DNA from: Planctomycetota bacterium
GTDB taxonomy: Bacteria > Planctomycetota > Phycisphaerae > UBA1845 > PWPN01
Length of the DNA stretch: 64,000 nt
Assembly (NCBI GenBank): GCA_029550525.1
Contig: JAKPHF010000046.1
Location: 97,476-161,475 of the forward strand
Direction of reading: 5' to 3'
Every line of letters begins with the position of its first letter. Within the stretch, counting starts at the first letter, position 1. Made by a program: the position numbers and the translations under genes. This document shows positions 1-9,561 of the stretch, in pieces. The notes beneath the pieces are model-generated. The model made no database searches. It worked only from the letters and a program-made list of their open reading frames with translations, and had not been told where the DNA came from.

Positions 1-847
1 CCGCCATGGGATGGCCGATGTACGACATGTGCACGCGAAGCTGATGCGTGCGTCCGGTTTTCGGATGCAAATGCACGAGTGAGTAGCCGCGGAACCGCTC
101 GACGACTTCGTACTCCGTGATGGCTTCCTTGGCCAAACGGTTCATTACGCCGGCGTGGCAACCGGGGATGATATAACGATCCTTGATCGTCGGATGTGCT
201 GCCAGCGGCGCATTGATCACGTCGCTGTCCAGTTGCGGCGATCCTTCGACCACGCCGAGGTATGTTTTGCGCACGATTCGCTGCTCGAACTGTAGCGACA
301 ACCGCCAGTGAGCTTCGTCCGTCTTGGCCACCAGCATGACACCGGTGGTGTTCTTGTCCAGACGATGCACGATACCCGGGCGGAACGGGTCCTCGCCGTG
401 GCTCAACGAACTGGCATAGTAGGCCAGGCCGTTGGCCAGCGTGCCGGTCTGCGTGCTCTTGGACGGGTGGACGATGATCCCCTTCTGCTTGTTGATGGCC
501 AGCAGGTGGTCGTCCTCGTAGATGATGTCGAGCGGGATATTCTCCGGGATCAGGTCGTACGGCTCGGGCGGCGGAATGACCAGTTCGATGCGGTCCTGGC
601 TGTCGGGCTCGTAGCTTGCCTTGGTCGGCTTGCCGTTGACCAGGATGTCGCCCTGCTTGATCAGCCGCTGGATCATGGTTCGCGACAGCCGCGGGAAACG
701 GGCGTGCAGGTACTTGTCCAGACGCCGGCCGGGCAGACGGCGACGAACCACCAGCGTCACCCGCTGCGCTTCGTCGCTGTCGGTATCGAGCGGACGATCG
801 GCCAGCTCCTCATTCAACAGAACATCATCTTCAGGCTCGATGCCCAT
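1..847 (-). CDS. rluD: RluA/RluD-family 23S rRNA pseudouridine synthase (3' end runs off the window)
   Basis: Not in the ORF track. Manual minus-strand translation from ATG 847 (GAGGTG RBS): S4-like RLDKYL...SRTMIQRLIKQG, then LDIIYEDDHLLAINK and the catalytic motif RPGIVHRLDKNTTG. Confidence 0.9.
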   Translation of the reverse strand, partial: MGIEPEDDVLLNEELADRPLDTDSDEAQRVTLVVRRRLPGRRLDKYLHARFPRLSRTMIQRLIKQGDILVNGKPTKASYEPDSQDRIELVIPPPEPYDLIPENIPLDIIYEDDHLLAINKQKGIIVHPSKSTQTGTLANGLAYYASSLSHGEDPFRPGIVHRLDKNTTGVMLVAKTDEAHWRLSLQFEQRIVRKTYLGVVEGSPQLDSDVINAPLAAHPTIKDRYIIPGCHAGVMNRLAKEAITEYEVVERFRGYSLVHLHPKTGRTHQLRVHMSYIGHPMA

Positions 848-1125
848 TCACACCTCAAACCGGCACATCGCGGTAAGTACAGGAGAATCCGGAGGAAACG
901 TCCAGAGCCTTTATAGGTTAGCCGTGCCGGCGGAGTGTGTCAAACGCGCCCACGCCACCGACCAAGGCCAGTCAGGCTCCTTCCGCGAGGGGCGCCCCCA
1001 AACGCAGATGCCTCGCCTGCGACCGGCCGTTTACGGCTGCCGCTGGCGAGGCATCGTGTGTTGGACTTCAGGCTTGGAGGATCCCGCCGAAGCCGGCCTC
1101 CCAAAACCGACTTGCGAAGTCGGCG

Positions 1126-1386
1126 TCACAGGCCCTGGTTGCCCAGCTTCCGGCGAAGTTCGTCTCGTTCGCGAATCGTCGCTTCGCGATCGAAGATCAG
1201 GTACTTGATCATCAGTTGCCACTCGGCGACGGCCTCGCGCACCCGCGCGAAGTTTTGCTCGAGTTCACGGTGCCGCTCGATGGTCTCATCCAGAATCTGC
1301 AGGAGAGCCCCCCGCTGCCCCTCGGGTAACTCGTTGATCCGCTGCCTGGCCTCTTCGATGCTCGTCCTGAATGTCTCTTCGGTCAT
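1126..1386 (-). CDS. Small coiled-coil hypothetical protein (86 aa), planctomycete-type
   Basis: Amphipathic helical ORF MTEETFRTSIEEARQRINELP...IKYLIFDREATIRERDELRRKL, resembling a recurrent planctomycete family (KYLxFDxEAT motif). Purine-rich RBS upstream. Confidence 0.7.
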   Translation of the reverse strand: MTEETFRTSIEEARQRINELPEGQRGALLQILDETIERHRELEQNFARVREAVAEWQLMIKYLIFDREATIRERDELRRKLGNQGL

Positions 1387-1579
1387 TCTGGGCTCTTCCC
1401 TCCGGCCCCCCAACAGCGGGATCGCTCTGTCCCGCGACCGGTACTCAACTCTATGCTTGCGGCAAACGCATAGTCCAGAGGCCCGCCAAATATTCGTGCC
1501 AATCGACCACGCCGCCCACCCGCGACGCCCGGTAATCCAGTCGCTACAATCTGCACCCTGCTGTTTTGGGATATCCGGG

Positions 1580-2596
1580 ATGAATGACGACCGAAACGTT
1601 TCCGACGCTTGGCCGGAGGAGCCAACCGAGATGATGCCGTCCCATCCGCCGCGCGGGCCGGTGGCCGATGCAGCGGGCGAGGACGCCTCCGCTCGCGCTG
1701 CCGAAGCGCGGCGTCATACACGCCAGGAGAACCGAATCGGCATTGTCTACGGCGTGGCCGCATTCTCCTGGTGGGGACTGATGCCCGTTTACTTCAAGGC
1801 CGTATCCCGCGTGCCCGCACTGGAGGTGCTGGCTCATCGGGTCTTCTTCTCCACGCTGTTTTTATGGGGACTGTTGTTGGGGCGCCGCCGGATCCGTGCG
1901 GCCGTCACCGCGCTGGCCAACCGGCACACGCTGCTGATTCTCGGTGCCTCGACCAGTCTCATCGCCGGCAACTGGCTCGTGTTCATCTGGGCGGTCGGGC
2001 ATGCCCAGATCACGCAGGCCAGCCTGGGCTACTTCATCAACCCGCTGTTCAACGTGATGCTCGGGTATGTCTTCCTGGGCGAGCGCTTGCGCCCCATGCA
2101 GAAATGGAGCGTGCTGCTGGCCACACTGGGCGTGGTGATCCTCACCGTTCACGTTCGCGAAGTACCGACGGTGGCCTTGCTTCTGCCGGCTACGTTTGGG
2201 CTATACGGGCTGATTCGCAAGGTGGCCCACGTCGACGCCCTGGTCGGCCTGACCGCCGAGACCACGCTGCTCACGCCGCTGGCTCTGGGCTATCTGGTGA
2301 CGATTACACTCCAGGGACGCGGGCATCTCGGCACGGTCTCACCCGAACTGGACGTGCTGTTGGTGTCGTCAGGCGTGGTGACCGCCCTGCCGCTGATCTG
2401 GTTCCTTAACGCCGCCCGCCGTCTGCGGCTGTCCACGCTCGGATTCCTGCAGTACATCGCCCCCACGGTGCAGCTGCTGCTGGGCGTGATCGCGTACCGT
2501 GAGCCGTTCACGACCGTGCACCTGCTGAGCTTCGGCCTGGTCTGGACCGGTCTGGCCGTGTATATCATCGATGCCGTGAAACGCATGGACCGCTGA
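1580..2596 (+). CDS. rarD: RarD-family EamA/DMT permease
   Basis: About 10 TM segments. Motifs WWGLMPVYFK, EVLAHRV, NWLVFIWAV, ASLGYFINPL, LGFLQYIAPT. Start uncertain (1580 or 1631). Confidence 0.9.
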   Translation: MNDDRNVSDAWPEEPTEMMPSHPPRGPVADAAGEDASARAAEARRHTRQENRIGIVYGVAAFSWWGLMPVYFKAVSRVPALEVLAHRVFFSTLFLWGLLLGRRRIRAAVTALANRHTLLILGASTSLIAGNWLVFIWAVGHAQITQASLGYFINPLFNVMLGYVFLGERLRPMQKWSVLLATLGVVILTVHVREVPTVALLLPATFGLYGLIRKVAHVDALVGLTAETTLLTPLALGYLVTITLQGRGHLGTVSPELDVLLVSSGVVTALPLIWFLNAARRLRLSTLGFLQYIAPTVQLLLGVIAYREPFTTVHLLSFGLVWTGLAVYIIDAVKRMDR

Positions 2597-2647
2597 TGTC
2601 CTCTCCGATTCGTCGTTCTTCGGGGAGCGAGCATCCTGGCCGCCTCA

Positions 2648-3289
2648 TCATGCCTCATCCGTGCGCGCTCGTGTCATCCTTGGTCTCAACCCGCCGGTCC
2701 CCGAAACCGCGTGCTCTCGCGTTCCCAGATTTTTCCTCAGCAGCCACTGGTCGCCCTGGACCAGAATAGCAATTGGATCGAACGTGACTTCGCCGTCGCG
2801 CACGGGCCGGGTGTTCACCCGCGTGTAGCCCAGGCGCTCGTACAGCCGAAGCGCGGCCACGTTCGAACGCTCCACGCTCAATTCCGCCCGGGCGAACTGG
2901 CGGTCACGCAGAATCCGCTCGGCAGTTTCCAGCAGGCGCCTTCCGATGCCCCTGTTCCGCAGGCAGGGAAGAACACGAGCGGCCCAGATCACACCCGTGG
3001 AATCCACTTCACGTCGCGTCAGATCGATCCACACCTGGCCCGAGGCGACACCGTTGACCTCGGCCACGAGCATGAGCGACTCGCCGCGTGCCTGAGCGGC
3101 GAACGTGTCCTCCATGATGCCGCGATCGGGCGTGAACTGCCCGAACCACTCGAGCACCGGCAGATCTTCGCGCCGACAGGTCCGGATGACCACGTCGAGT
3201 GTGATCCCAAAACGGTCGAAAACCTCCGGCTCGGCCAACCACTCGCAGTGGTTCGTGACGGATCGCTCATTCTGCCGGTGACGCTGCAT
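2648..3289 (-). CDS. GNAT-family N-acetyltransferase
   Basis: Acetyl-CoA motif A (RVLPCLRNRGIGRRLL) and motif B (NVAALRLYERLGY). Start estimated at MQRHRQ. Confidence 0.8.
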   Translation of the reverse strand: MQRHRQNERSVTNHCEWLAEPEVFDRFGITLDVVIRTCRREDLPVLEWFGQFTPDRGIMEDTFAAQARGESLMLVAEVNGVASGQVWIDLTRREVDSTGVIWAARVLPCLRNRGIGRRLLETAERILRDRQFARAELSVERSNVAALRLYERLGYTRVNTRPVRDGEVTFDPIAILVQGDQWLLRKNLGTREHAVSGTGGLRPRMTRARTDEA

Positions 3290-3329
3290 GATTCGCTCCC
3301 GATGCCGGTCGAAGCTGCGACGGCGCGCG

Positions 3330-3551
3330 TCAGACGCCGTCGCCGGGTCGGCCGATCGCACGCCCCCACTCGTATTTGTAGTCCTCCCGGCCGCGGAGAA
3401 CATCGAATCCGCGCATCCCCTCCCCGATGGCTGGCTCGAGGGCGTGGGCAACGAGCAATTTGCCCGGCGAAAGCCGTCCATATTCGGGATCGAAACCGCC
3501 CAGGTAGTAGTACAACCGACGGGAGCGCACGCCGGCGTGATCGGCCTGCAT
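3330..3551 (-). pseudogene. C-terminal fragment of a CelD/BcsL-like GNAT acetyltransferase
   Basis: YYYLGGFDPEYGRLSPGKLL...FDVLRGREDYKYEWG is the typical C-terminus of this roughly 300-aa family. Only about 50 bp separate it from the upstream gene, so the N-terminus is missing. Confidence 0.75.
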
Positions 3552-3602
3552 GGCAATGCTTCTCCGAGCATCGCGTGCTGCCTCTCGGTTCGCTCCGCGA
3601 GC

Positions 3603-4565
3603 TCACCTCGCCGCTCCGAGCCCGATTTCGCCGGCGGCGCCGCAGGGCCGGCCGGTCGTGCGGGCGCTCGTGCGTGCCGGCTCGGCATAGCGCCGCAGCA
3701 TCCGCACACAGAACTCGGCGTACTCCTCCGGCTGCCGGGGTGGACTGGTGTGATGCGGCGCCATTCCCCGGTGCTCGGGCGTGAAGCAGAACGTCACCGT
3801 CACGTTGAAGTCCCGCAGCGCCTCCATCTGGCGGTCGAACCATTCCATCGCGTTCGGTTGGTATGAGTCCGCCCAGCTCAGGCCGGTCCGTAAATAGCGA
3901 ACGCCCAACCGGCGCATCCATTCGACAGCCTCGTCCAGCCGATGATCCTGGTAATGGAACCACTGACACAAGCCCAATTGCGGCGTGTGCCGCATGAACT
4001 GCTCGAGCGCGGGCTTGGGACTCCCATCCTCGCGAAGCAGGCCGAGGTAGAAGTGCCGATAATACGCCGAGCCTTCCGCCTCGCGATGGCGCGTGGTCGC
4101 CGGCCACGCCCGGGGCAAGTCATACAGGCTGTACCAGTGAATGCGATCGGCCCGGCCGCAGAGCAGTTCCGCCGTGCGCTGCACGCCCCAGACCTGCACC
4201 TCCTCCGCGCCGAACGAAGACACCCCCACCTCCGACACCCACACCGGCAGTTGCGTCACGGCTTGGATTTCGGCAAGTTTCGCCGGCCAATCGTGAATGG
4301 GCCAATGATTCCAATCCAACGGAAAACCGTGCACCGCCACCACGTCCACGTCGTCGAGAACGCCGAAGCCGTCCATTCGCTCGATGAACAGCGGATCGAT
4401 GGGCGAGATGCCGCCCAGCACCCGCGGCAAGCCCGGCCACTCCGCCCCGATCGCCCGACCCGCAAGCTTGACCATGTGGGCGAACCTCGACCAGTCCTTG
4501 TCGATTTCAAAGTCCCAATGCGACTTGTTGTTCGGCTCGTTCCACAGCATCACTGCTTCGATCAT
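3603..4565 (-). CDS. Clan GH-A glycoside hydrolase-like protein (often annotated beta-xylosidase)
   Basis: MIEAVMLWNEPNN (acid/base NEP motif), VAVHGFPLDW, PVWVSEVG (nucleophile), LRTGLSWAD. Confidence 0.8.
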   Translation of the reverse strand: MIEAVMLWNEPNNKSHWDFEIDKDWSRFAHMVKLAGRAIGAEWPGLPRVLGGISPIDPLFIERMDGFGVLDDVDVVAVHGFPLDWNHWPIHDWPAKLAEIQAVTQLPVWVSEVGVSSFGAEEVQVWGVQRTAELLCGRADRIHWYSLYDLPRAWPATTRHREAEGSAYYRHFYLGLLREDGSPKPALEQFMRHTPQLGLCQWFHYQDHRLDEAVEWMRRLGVRYLRTGLSWADSYQPNAMEWFDRQMEALRDFNVTVTFCFTPEHRGMAPHHTSPPRQPEEYAEFCVRMLRRYAEPARTSARTTGRPCGAAGEIGLGAAR

Positions 4566-4631
4566 CCGCGCGTTCTCCTCCCGCCAGTGCGGCACCGGCA
4601 TCCGCCAGTGTCGATGAACGAACACGACGGC

Positions 4632-5450
4632 TCACGACGAATGCGATCGTCGAGCCGCGTACACGGGTCGCGGCCCGTCTGGACCGTCCGGCATCTCCCG
4701 CCGCCGGCAGACGAACACCTCCGGCTCGGGATGACTCAGGATTTCGAATCCGGCACTGCGTAACATCGCTTGCGAGCAGGCGAGGTTCGGAACCCACCAG
4801 TTCGTCTCGTCGTTGGCGTACTTATGCTCGATGAAATGCAGCTTGGGCCATCCCGGCGCATTGAAGATGCCCGTCTCCCAGAAGTCGTAATCGGGCTCGA
4901 CCTCGACGACCTCACGACTGCCTCGCTGCATGGATTGAAAGATCAACAGATCGCGAGCCACCTCGGCGTGAATGAGATCCAGAGCGAGCAGCGGGTGCCG
5001 CAAGTGATAAAGCACGCCCAGAAACAGCACGATGTCGAATTTCTCGCCCAGCAGCCCCACGTCGTACACCGACAGCCGGCGATATTCGACGTCCACGCCG
5101 AGCACGCCAGCCGCGAATCGGGCCTGCTCGAGGTAGGAATCCGCCCAATCGACCCCGACGACCCGCTCCGCCCCTCGCCGCTTCATCTCGATCGCGTGGA
5201 AACCGGCGTTGCAGCCGATGTCCAGCACGGTCTTGCCTCGCAGATCCTGGGGCAGCGCGTCGGCGAATGCTCTCCATTTGACACCCGGGTAGTCGCCCAG
5301 GTAATGATCCGGCGCAGTCTGCACACCCTTCAGATTGATGTTGTGAAACCACGGCCCGAGCTCCTTCACCCTACGCTCGATCTCAGCCCGGTCCAGTTCC
5401 CAACCCGGATTGTCACCTCGCTCTGCGCTTTGGGGTCTGGTTGAAGCCAT
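4632..5450 (-). CDS. Class I SAM-dependent methyltransferase, TIGR04290 (Rta_06860)-like
   Basis: LGPWFHNINL, TAPDHYLGDYP, VLDIGCNAGF, FLGVLYHLRHP, DETNWWVPN. Confidence 0.85.
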   Translation of the reverse strand: MASTRPQSAERGDNPGWELDRAEIERRVKELGPWFHNINLKGVQTAPDHYLGDYPGVKWRAFADALPQDLRGKTVLDIGCNAGFHAIEMKRRGAERVVGVDWADSYLEQARFAAGVLGVDVEYRRLSVYDVGLLGEKFDIVLFLGVLYHLRHPLLALDLIHAEVARDLLIFQSMQRGSREVVEVEPDYDFWETGIFNAPGWPKLHFIEHKYANDETNWWVPNLACSQAMLRSAGFEILSHPEPEVFVCRRREMPDGPDGPRPVYAARRSHSS

Positions 5451-5470
5451 AACACACTCGCCGAAGAAGC

Positions 5471-5780
5471 TCACCGGTCGACGCGTCCGATCGTCGCCGG
5501 CGCGGGCCCGGCTTCGGACGACACCATCGAGCTCAGCAGCCGGATCGCCTCGCGGTATCCATGCAAGGTCCCCACGTGCGTGTAGGCTTGGCGGGCTTTC
5601 ACGCCCCGCGCCTGGCCGCCCCACTGGAAATACGCGTTCACCAGCGTTCCGATGTACTCGCCGCGGCACTGCCGCTCGAGCCCCAGTACGTGCAACTCCT
5701 TAATACAAGCCGTGCCACAACGTCGCATGACCATTGCCCCAGGGCGAATTGATCGACAGGCCGAACACGACAATCTTCAT
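5471..5780 (-). pseudogene. Chimeric remnant: CgeB-like glycosyltransferase N-terminus joined to a sugar-nucleotidyltransferase C-terminus
   Basis: ATG 5780 (AGGGGG RBS) gives MKIVVFGLSINSPWGNGHATLWHGLY* (TAA 5700-5702). A shifted frame continues as ...EYIGTLVNAYFQWGG...YTHVGTLHGYREAIRLL. Confidence 0.75.
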
Positions 5781-5839
5781 GCTGCCCCCTGAACGCATCA
5801 GCCGGTTAGAACCGGGGAGCGAGCATCTTGCCCGCCTAA

Positions 5840-6928
5840 TCAGCACGCCTCTTCGCCGCGGATGAACGCGTCCAACCTCATCCGGGCCTGGCTGTCGGTG
5901 AACTGTTGGGGCGGCGTTTTCATGAAGTAGCTCGAGGGGCCGGTCAGCGGGCCGCCGATGCCGCGATCCAGAGCCAGCCGTGCGCAGCGAATCGCGTCGA
6001 TAACCACGCCGGCCGAGTTAGGCGAGTCCCAGACCTCCAGTTTCATCTCGCACAACAGCGGCACGTTCCCGAACGTCGTACCTTCCATGCGAATGTGGCA
6101 GAACTTGCGGTCCGCCATCCAGGGCACATAATCGCTCGGGCCGACGTGAGCGTCGGCGTCGGCGATGGGATAATCGAGCTGGCTGGTGACGGCCCGGGTT
6201 TTGGACAGCTTCTTGGATTCCAGCCGCTCGCGCTCGAGCATGTTCATGAAGTCGGTATTGCCCCCGAAATTCAGTTGGTAGGTCCGGTCCAGCCGCACAC
6301 CTCGATCGCGGAAGAGGTTGGCCAACACACGGTGGCTGATGGTCGCACCAAGCTGGCTCTTGATGTCATCCCCGATGAGGGGCAGACCCTTGTCCTCGAA
6401 ACGGACCGCCCACTCCGGCTTCGAAGCGATGAACACCGGAATGCAGTTGATGAATGCACAACCGGCCTCGAGCACCTGCTCGGCGTACCACTCGGTGGCC
6501 TTCTGCGATCCCACCGGTAGGTACGACACGACAACCTCCGTACCCGTGTCGCGCAGGACGCGAGCGACGTTGACCGCCGGTCCCGGCGCCTCTTGGATGA
6601 TTTCCCGAAGGTACTTGCCCAGCCCGTCGTGCGTTGGCCCTCGGCGGACCGGCACGCCCAACTCGGGTACGCGGGCAAACTGATACGTGTTATTCGGTGC
6701 GGCGAATATCGCTTCGGCCAGATCGCGTCCGACCTTGGTGGCGCTCACGTCGAACGCGGCCGAGAACTCGATCTCGCCCACGTGATAGCCTCCGAGCCGC
6801 ACGTGCATCAGCCCGGGCACGAACTGTCCGTCGTCGGCATGGCGGTAGAACTCGACGCCCTGCACCAGCGCCGACGCGCAGTTGCCCACGCCGACGACGG
6901 CCACGCGTATGGGTTTTCTTCGACTCAT
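5840..6928 (-). CDS. ino1: myo-inositol-1(3)-phosphate synthase
   Basis: [60 protein letters not shown]. Confidence 0.95.
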   Translation of the reverse strand: MSRRKPIRVAVVGVGNCASALVQGVEFYRHADDGQFVPGLMHVRLGGYHVGEIEFSAAFDVSATKVGRDLAEAIFAAPNNTYQFARVPELGVPVRRGPTHDGLGKYLREIIQEAPGPAVNVARVLRDTGTEVVVSYLPVGSQKATEWYAEQVLEAGCAFINCIPVFIASKPEWAVRFEDKGLPLIGDDIKSQLGATISHRVLANLFRDRGVRLDRTYQLNFGGNTDFMNMLERERLESKKLSKTRAVTSQLDYPIADADAHVGPSDYVPWMADRKFCHIRMEGTTFGNVPLLCEMKLEVWDSPNSAGVVIDAIRCARLALDRGIGGPLTGPSSYFMKTPPQQFTDSQARMRLDAFIRGEEAC

Positions 6929-7355
6929 CTTCGTATTGACTCCCGCGAGCCAGAGTGGCCGGGACAAGGCACAAGTGTGGCCCGCCGCCGCCTTGTTCGC
7001 CCCTGGAGATCATCCGCTCCCGACCCCTCCTCATCTGCTTGGGACGGATTGTGGCTGGACTTTGTCCCCGTCGGCGACAGATATCTGTCGCGCGCATACC
7101 GGGACACCCGTCGGCGACCGCATGATGTCGGTCAAGATGACGCGCCGGCGCATTCTAGCGCTGTATCCGCCGGCCGGCCCTTGCCCATTTCAGGGACGCT
7201 GGCATCTCGCCCGCCCGATGCATGCAAGATGCCGTCCCATCAAGTGGTCTGACGGAACCAACGGCAAACCGCTCGCGTACGGCCACACCATCCGCCACAG
7301 CGGTGCGTTCAGGACATTCGCGGAGAGAAGATGAAGCCGGAACAGGAAAGCGATT

Positions 7356-9332
7356 CTACGCCCTCAGTTCCCGGCGAAGCATGGCGGGCAAGTCGAAATT
7401 CTCCTGAGGCATGGTGCGCCACTCGCGGTGAAACCGGTCCACTTGCAACTGCCGTTCGGCCATCGACCGATACAGGCCGCCCTGAGCGAGCAGCTCCTCA
7501 TGCGTGCCCTGCTCGGCGATCCGGCCGCGATCCATGTAGTAGATCATGTCGCAGTCGGTAACCGCGCTGATCCGGTGCGACACGAGGACGATGGTGCGCC
7601 GCCCTTTGAGCTTCCGCAACGACTCGGTGATCAGGTGCTCGTGATGAGCGTCCAAAGCGCTGGTCGGCTCGTCGAGCACGATGATGGGGGCTTGCGTCAG
7701 CAGAGCCCGGGCTACCGCAATGCGTTGGCGCTGGCCGCCCGAGAGGTTCATGCTGCCTTCCGTGAGCGCGGACTGATAGCCTTCGGGCAATGCCTCGATG
7801 AACTCGGCCGCGCCGGCGAGTTCGGCGGCTTCACGGATCTCCTCGAAACTTGCGTCGGGCCGCGCGTACGCGATGTTCTCTGCAATCGTGGTAGGCAGCA
7901 GCACGCTGTCCTGCAACACGAGGGCGAGGTGCCGGCGCAGATCCTGCAGTCGAATGTCGCGCATGTCGTGCCCGTCGAGCGTCAGCCGGCCGCCGGTCGG
8001 GTCGTAGAAACGCGGCAGCAGGTTCAACACCGTGCTCTTACCGACGCCGCTCGAACCGACGAACGCGACCATCCGGCCCGGCTCGATGCGCACGCTCACG
8101 CCTTGCAGCACCGGCTTGTCATCGCCGTATGCAAATGACACGTCGTGGAGTTCGAGCACCCGGGGCTGAACCGGCAGCCGCACCGCCCCCGGCTTGTCCG
8201 TGATGACCGACTCGCGATCGAGGACCTCGAACACACGCCGGGCCCCTGCCACGCCGCCCTGAATGTTGGGCCCGATGCCGGTGATCTTGCACAGCGGATC
8301 CCACAGCAGGCCAAGGTACGAGGTGAAAATCATCAGGTCGCCCACCGTCAATCCACCGGCTCCGGGTTCGACGAACAGGTTGTGCCAGACGAGATAGCCG
8401 CCGTAGCCGAACACCGCCGCACCGCCCACGCCGAAGATCGTGCCCACGGTCAACCAGTAGAACATCTCCTGCCAATTGAGCCGCCACCACGCTTCGATGT
8501 TCCGGCGGATCGTGCCGTGAAACTGCTGAAACTCGTCCTGCTCGCGGCAGAACGCCTGCACCAGGCCGACCGACGACATGGACCGTTGCACCGTGGTGGT
8601 GTACTCCGACTCGACCTCGCGGGCCTCCAGCGTCCGCCGCTCGAGCCGGCGGCCGAACAGCACGTTGGCAGTCATGAGAGGCGGCGCGATCGACAATGCC
8701 ACCAGCGTGAGCGTCACGCTGCGAGAGCTCAGCGTCCACAGGATGAACACCAGGCTGAAGACGGCGATGAACGTGGAAATGAAGACGCCCAGGATGGCCT
8801 GGCAGCCGTACGTGTCGTAGCTCAGGCGAAAAATGGCGTCGCCCTGCGGCTGCGCGCGATGATAGCTGAGATGTAGCGCCTGCAGCTTGCGATATAGATC
8901 GCAGCGAACCCGCATCAACCCGTGGTAGTTCACCCGGTTGTTGACCACCGTGCGAGCCATGGTCAGCAGGTCCTGCGTTGCCTTCATGAGCAGCCCGATG
9001 ACCGCCAGACCGATGATCTGGCCGAGACGACTCTCGGGAAGCGGCGCGAGGAACAGGCGATAAATGAAGCCCTGCTGGAGACTGTTCGACAGCACGGAGT
9101 CCACCAGCACTGCCATGGGCCAAGCCATCAGCAGCCCCAGACCGGTGTTGGCGGCAATGATGACAAGCAGCAGCACGACCAACGGCAGGTCAGGCCGAAA
9201 ATAGGACAGCGCCCGCAGGTAGAACCGCACCTGCTCGCGCCAGCGTTCCCGCGCCGTAGCGCGGGGTCTGCCGCCCGAACCGTCCGCCTCCGAATCCTGG
9301 GCTGCCTGCGTCTTCCAAGTAGCCGCGCTCAC
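7356..9332 (-). CDS. ABC exporter, fused TMD-NBD half transporter
   Basis: N-terminal 6-TM domain, Walker A GSSGVGKST, signature LSGGQRQR, Walker B IIVLDEPTSALD, H-loop SHR. Confidence 0.95.
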   Translation of the reverse strand: MSAATWKTQAAQDSEADGSGGRPRATARERWREQVRFYLRALSYFRPDLPLVVLLLVIIAANTGLGLLMAWPMAVLVDSVLSNSLQQGFIYRLFLAPLPESRLGQIIGLAVIGLLMKATQDLLTMARTVVNNRVNYHGLMRVRCDLYRKLQALHLSYHRAQPQGDAIFRLSYDTYGCQAILGVFISTFIAVFSLVFILWTLSSRSVTLTLVALSIAPPLMTANVLFGRRLERRTLEAREVESEYTTTVQRSMSSVGLVQAFCREQDEFQQFHGTIRRNIEAWWRLNWQEMFYWLTVGTIFGVGGAAVFGYGGYLVWHNLFVEPGAGGLTVGDLMIFTSYLGLLWDPLCKITGIGPNIQGGVAGARRVFEVLDRESVITDKPGAVRLPVQPRVLELHDVSFAYGDDKPVLQGVSVRIEPGRMVAFVGSSGVGKSTVLNLLPRFYDPTGGRLTLDGHDMRDIRLQDLRRHLALVLQDSVLLPTTIAENIAYARPDASFEEIREAAELAGAAEFIEALPEGYQSALTEGSMNLSGGQRQRIAVARALLTQAPIIVLDEPTSALDAHHEHLITESLRKLKGRRTIVLVSHRISAVTDCDMIYYMDRGRIAEQGTHEELLAQGGLYRSMAERQLQVDRFHREWRTMPQENFDLPAMLRRELRA

Positions 9333-9561
9333 CAGAAAACCTCCCGCCGCCTACGGTCGGGACCGGCTGATGCCCGATCCGCCGCATGGGCAAAACTATT
9401 ACTGGATGATCAGCGAGAGGTTCGAAGGAAGTGAAAAGAACCATCCAACAACGCCGCGCCGTTGCGGGCGGGCGAACGATATAACCCGGCAAGCGGTGGC
9501 GACGCCACTCGGAGGCGGGCATCTTGCCCGCCTCACGTCCTGATCGGCAAGAGAACCGGGT

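Noticed and set aside
308-916. Long + strand ORF, and many similar long antisense ORFs (e.g. 18182-20086, 23751-25868, 42542-44935)
   Set aside because: Shadows of real genes on the opposite strand, expected at high GC. They contain no recognisable motifs.
1470-1502. TGGCACG sigma54-like -24 box upstream of the small coiled-coil gene
   Set aside because: No GC at the required -12 spacing.
7192-7238. GG-N10-GC sigma54-like motif upstream of ino1
   Set aside because: It lies within a hairpin resembling the family B repeat, about 290 bp from the start, and matches the consensus poorly.
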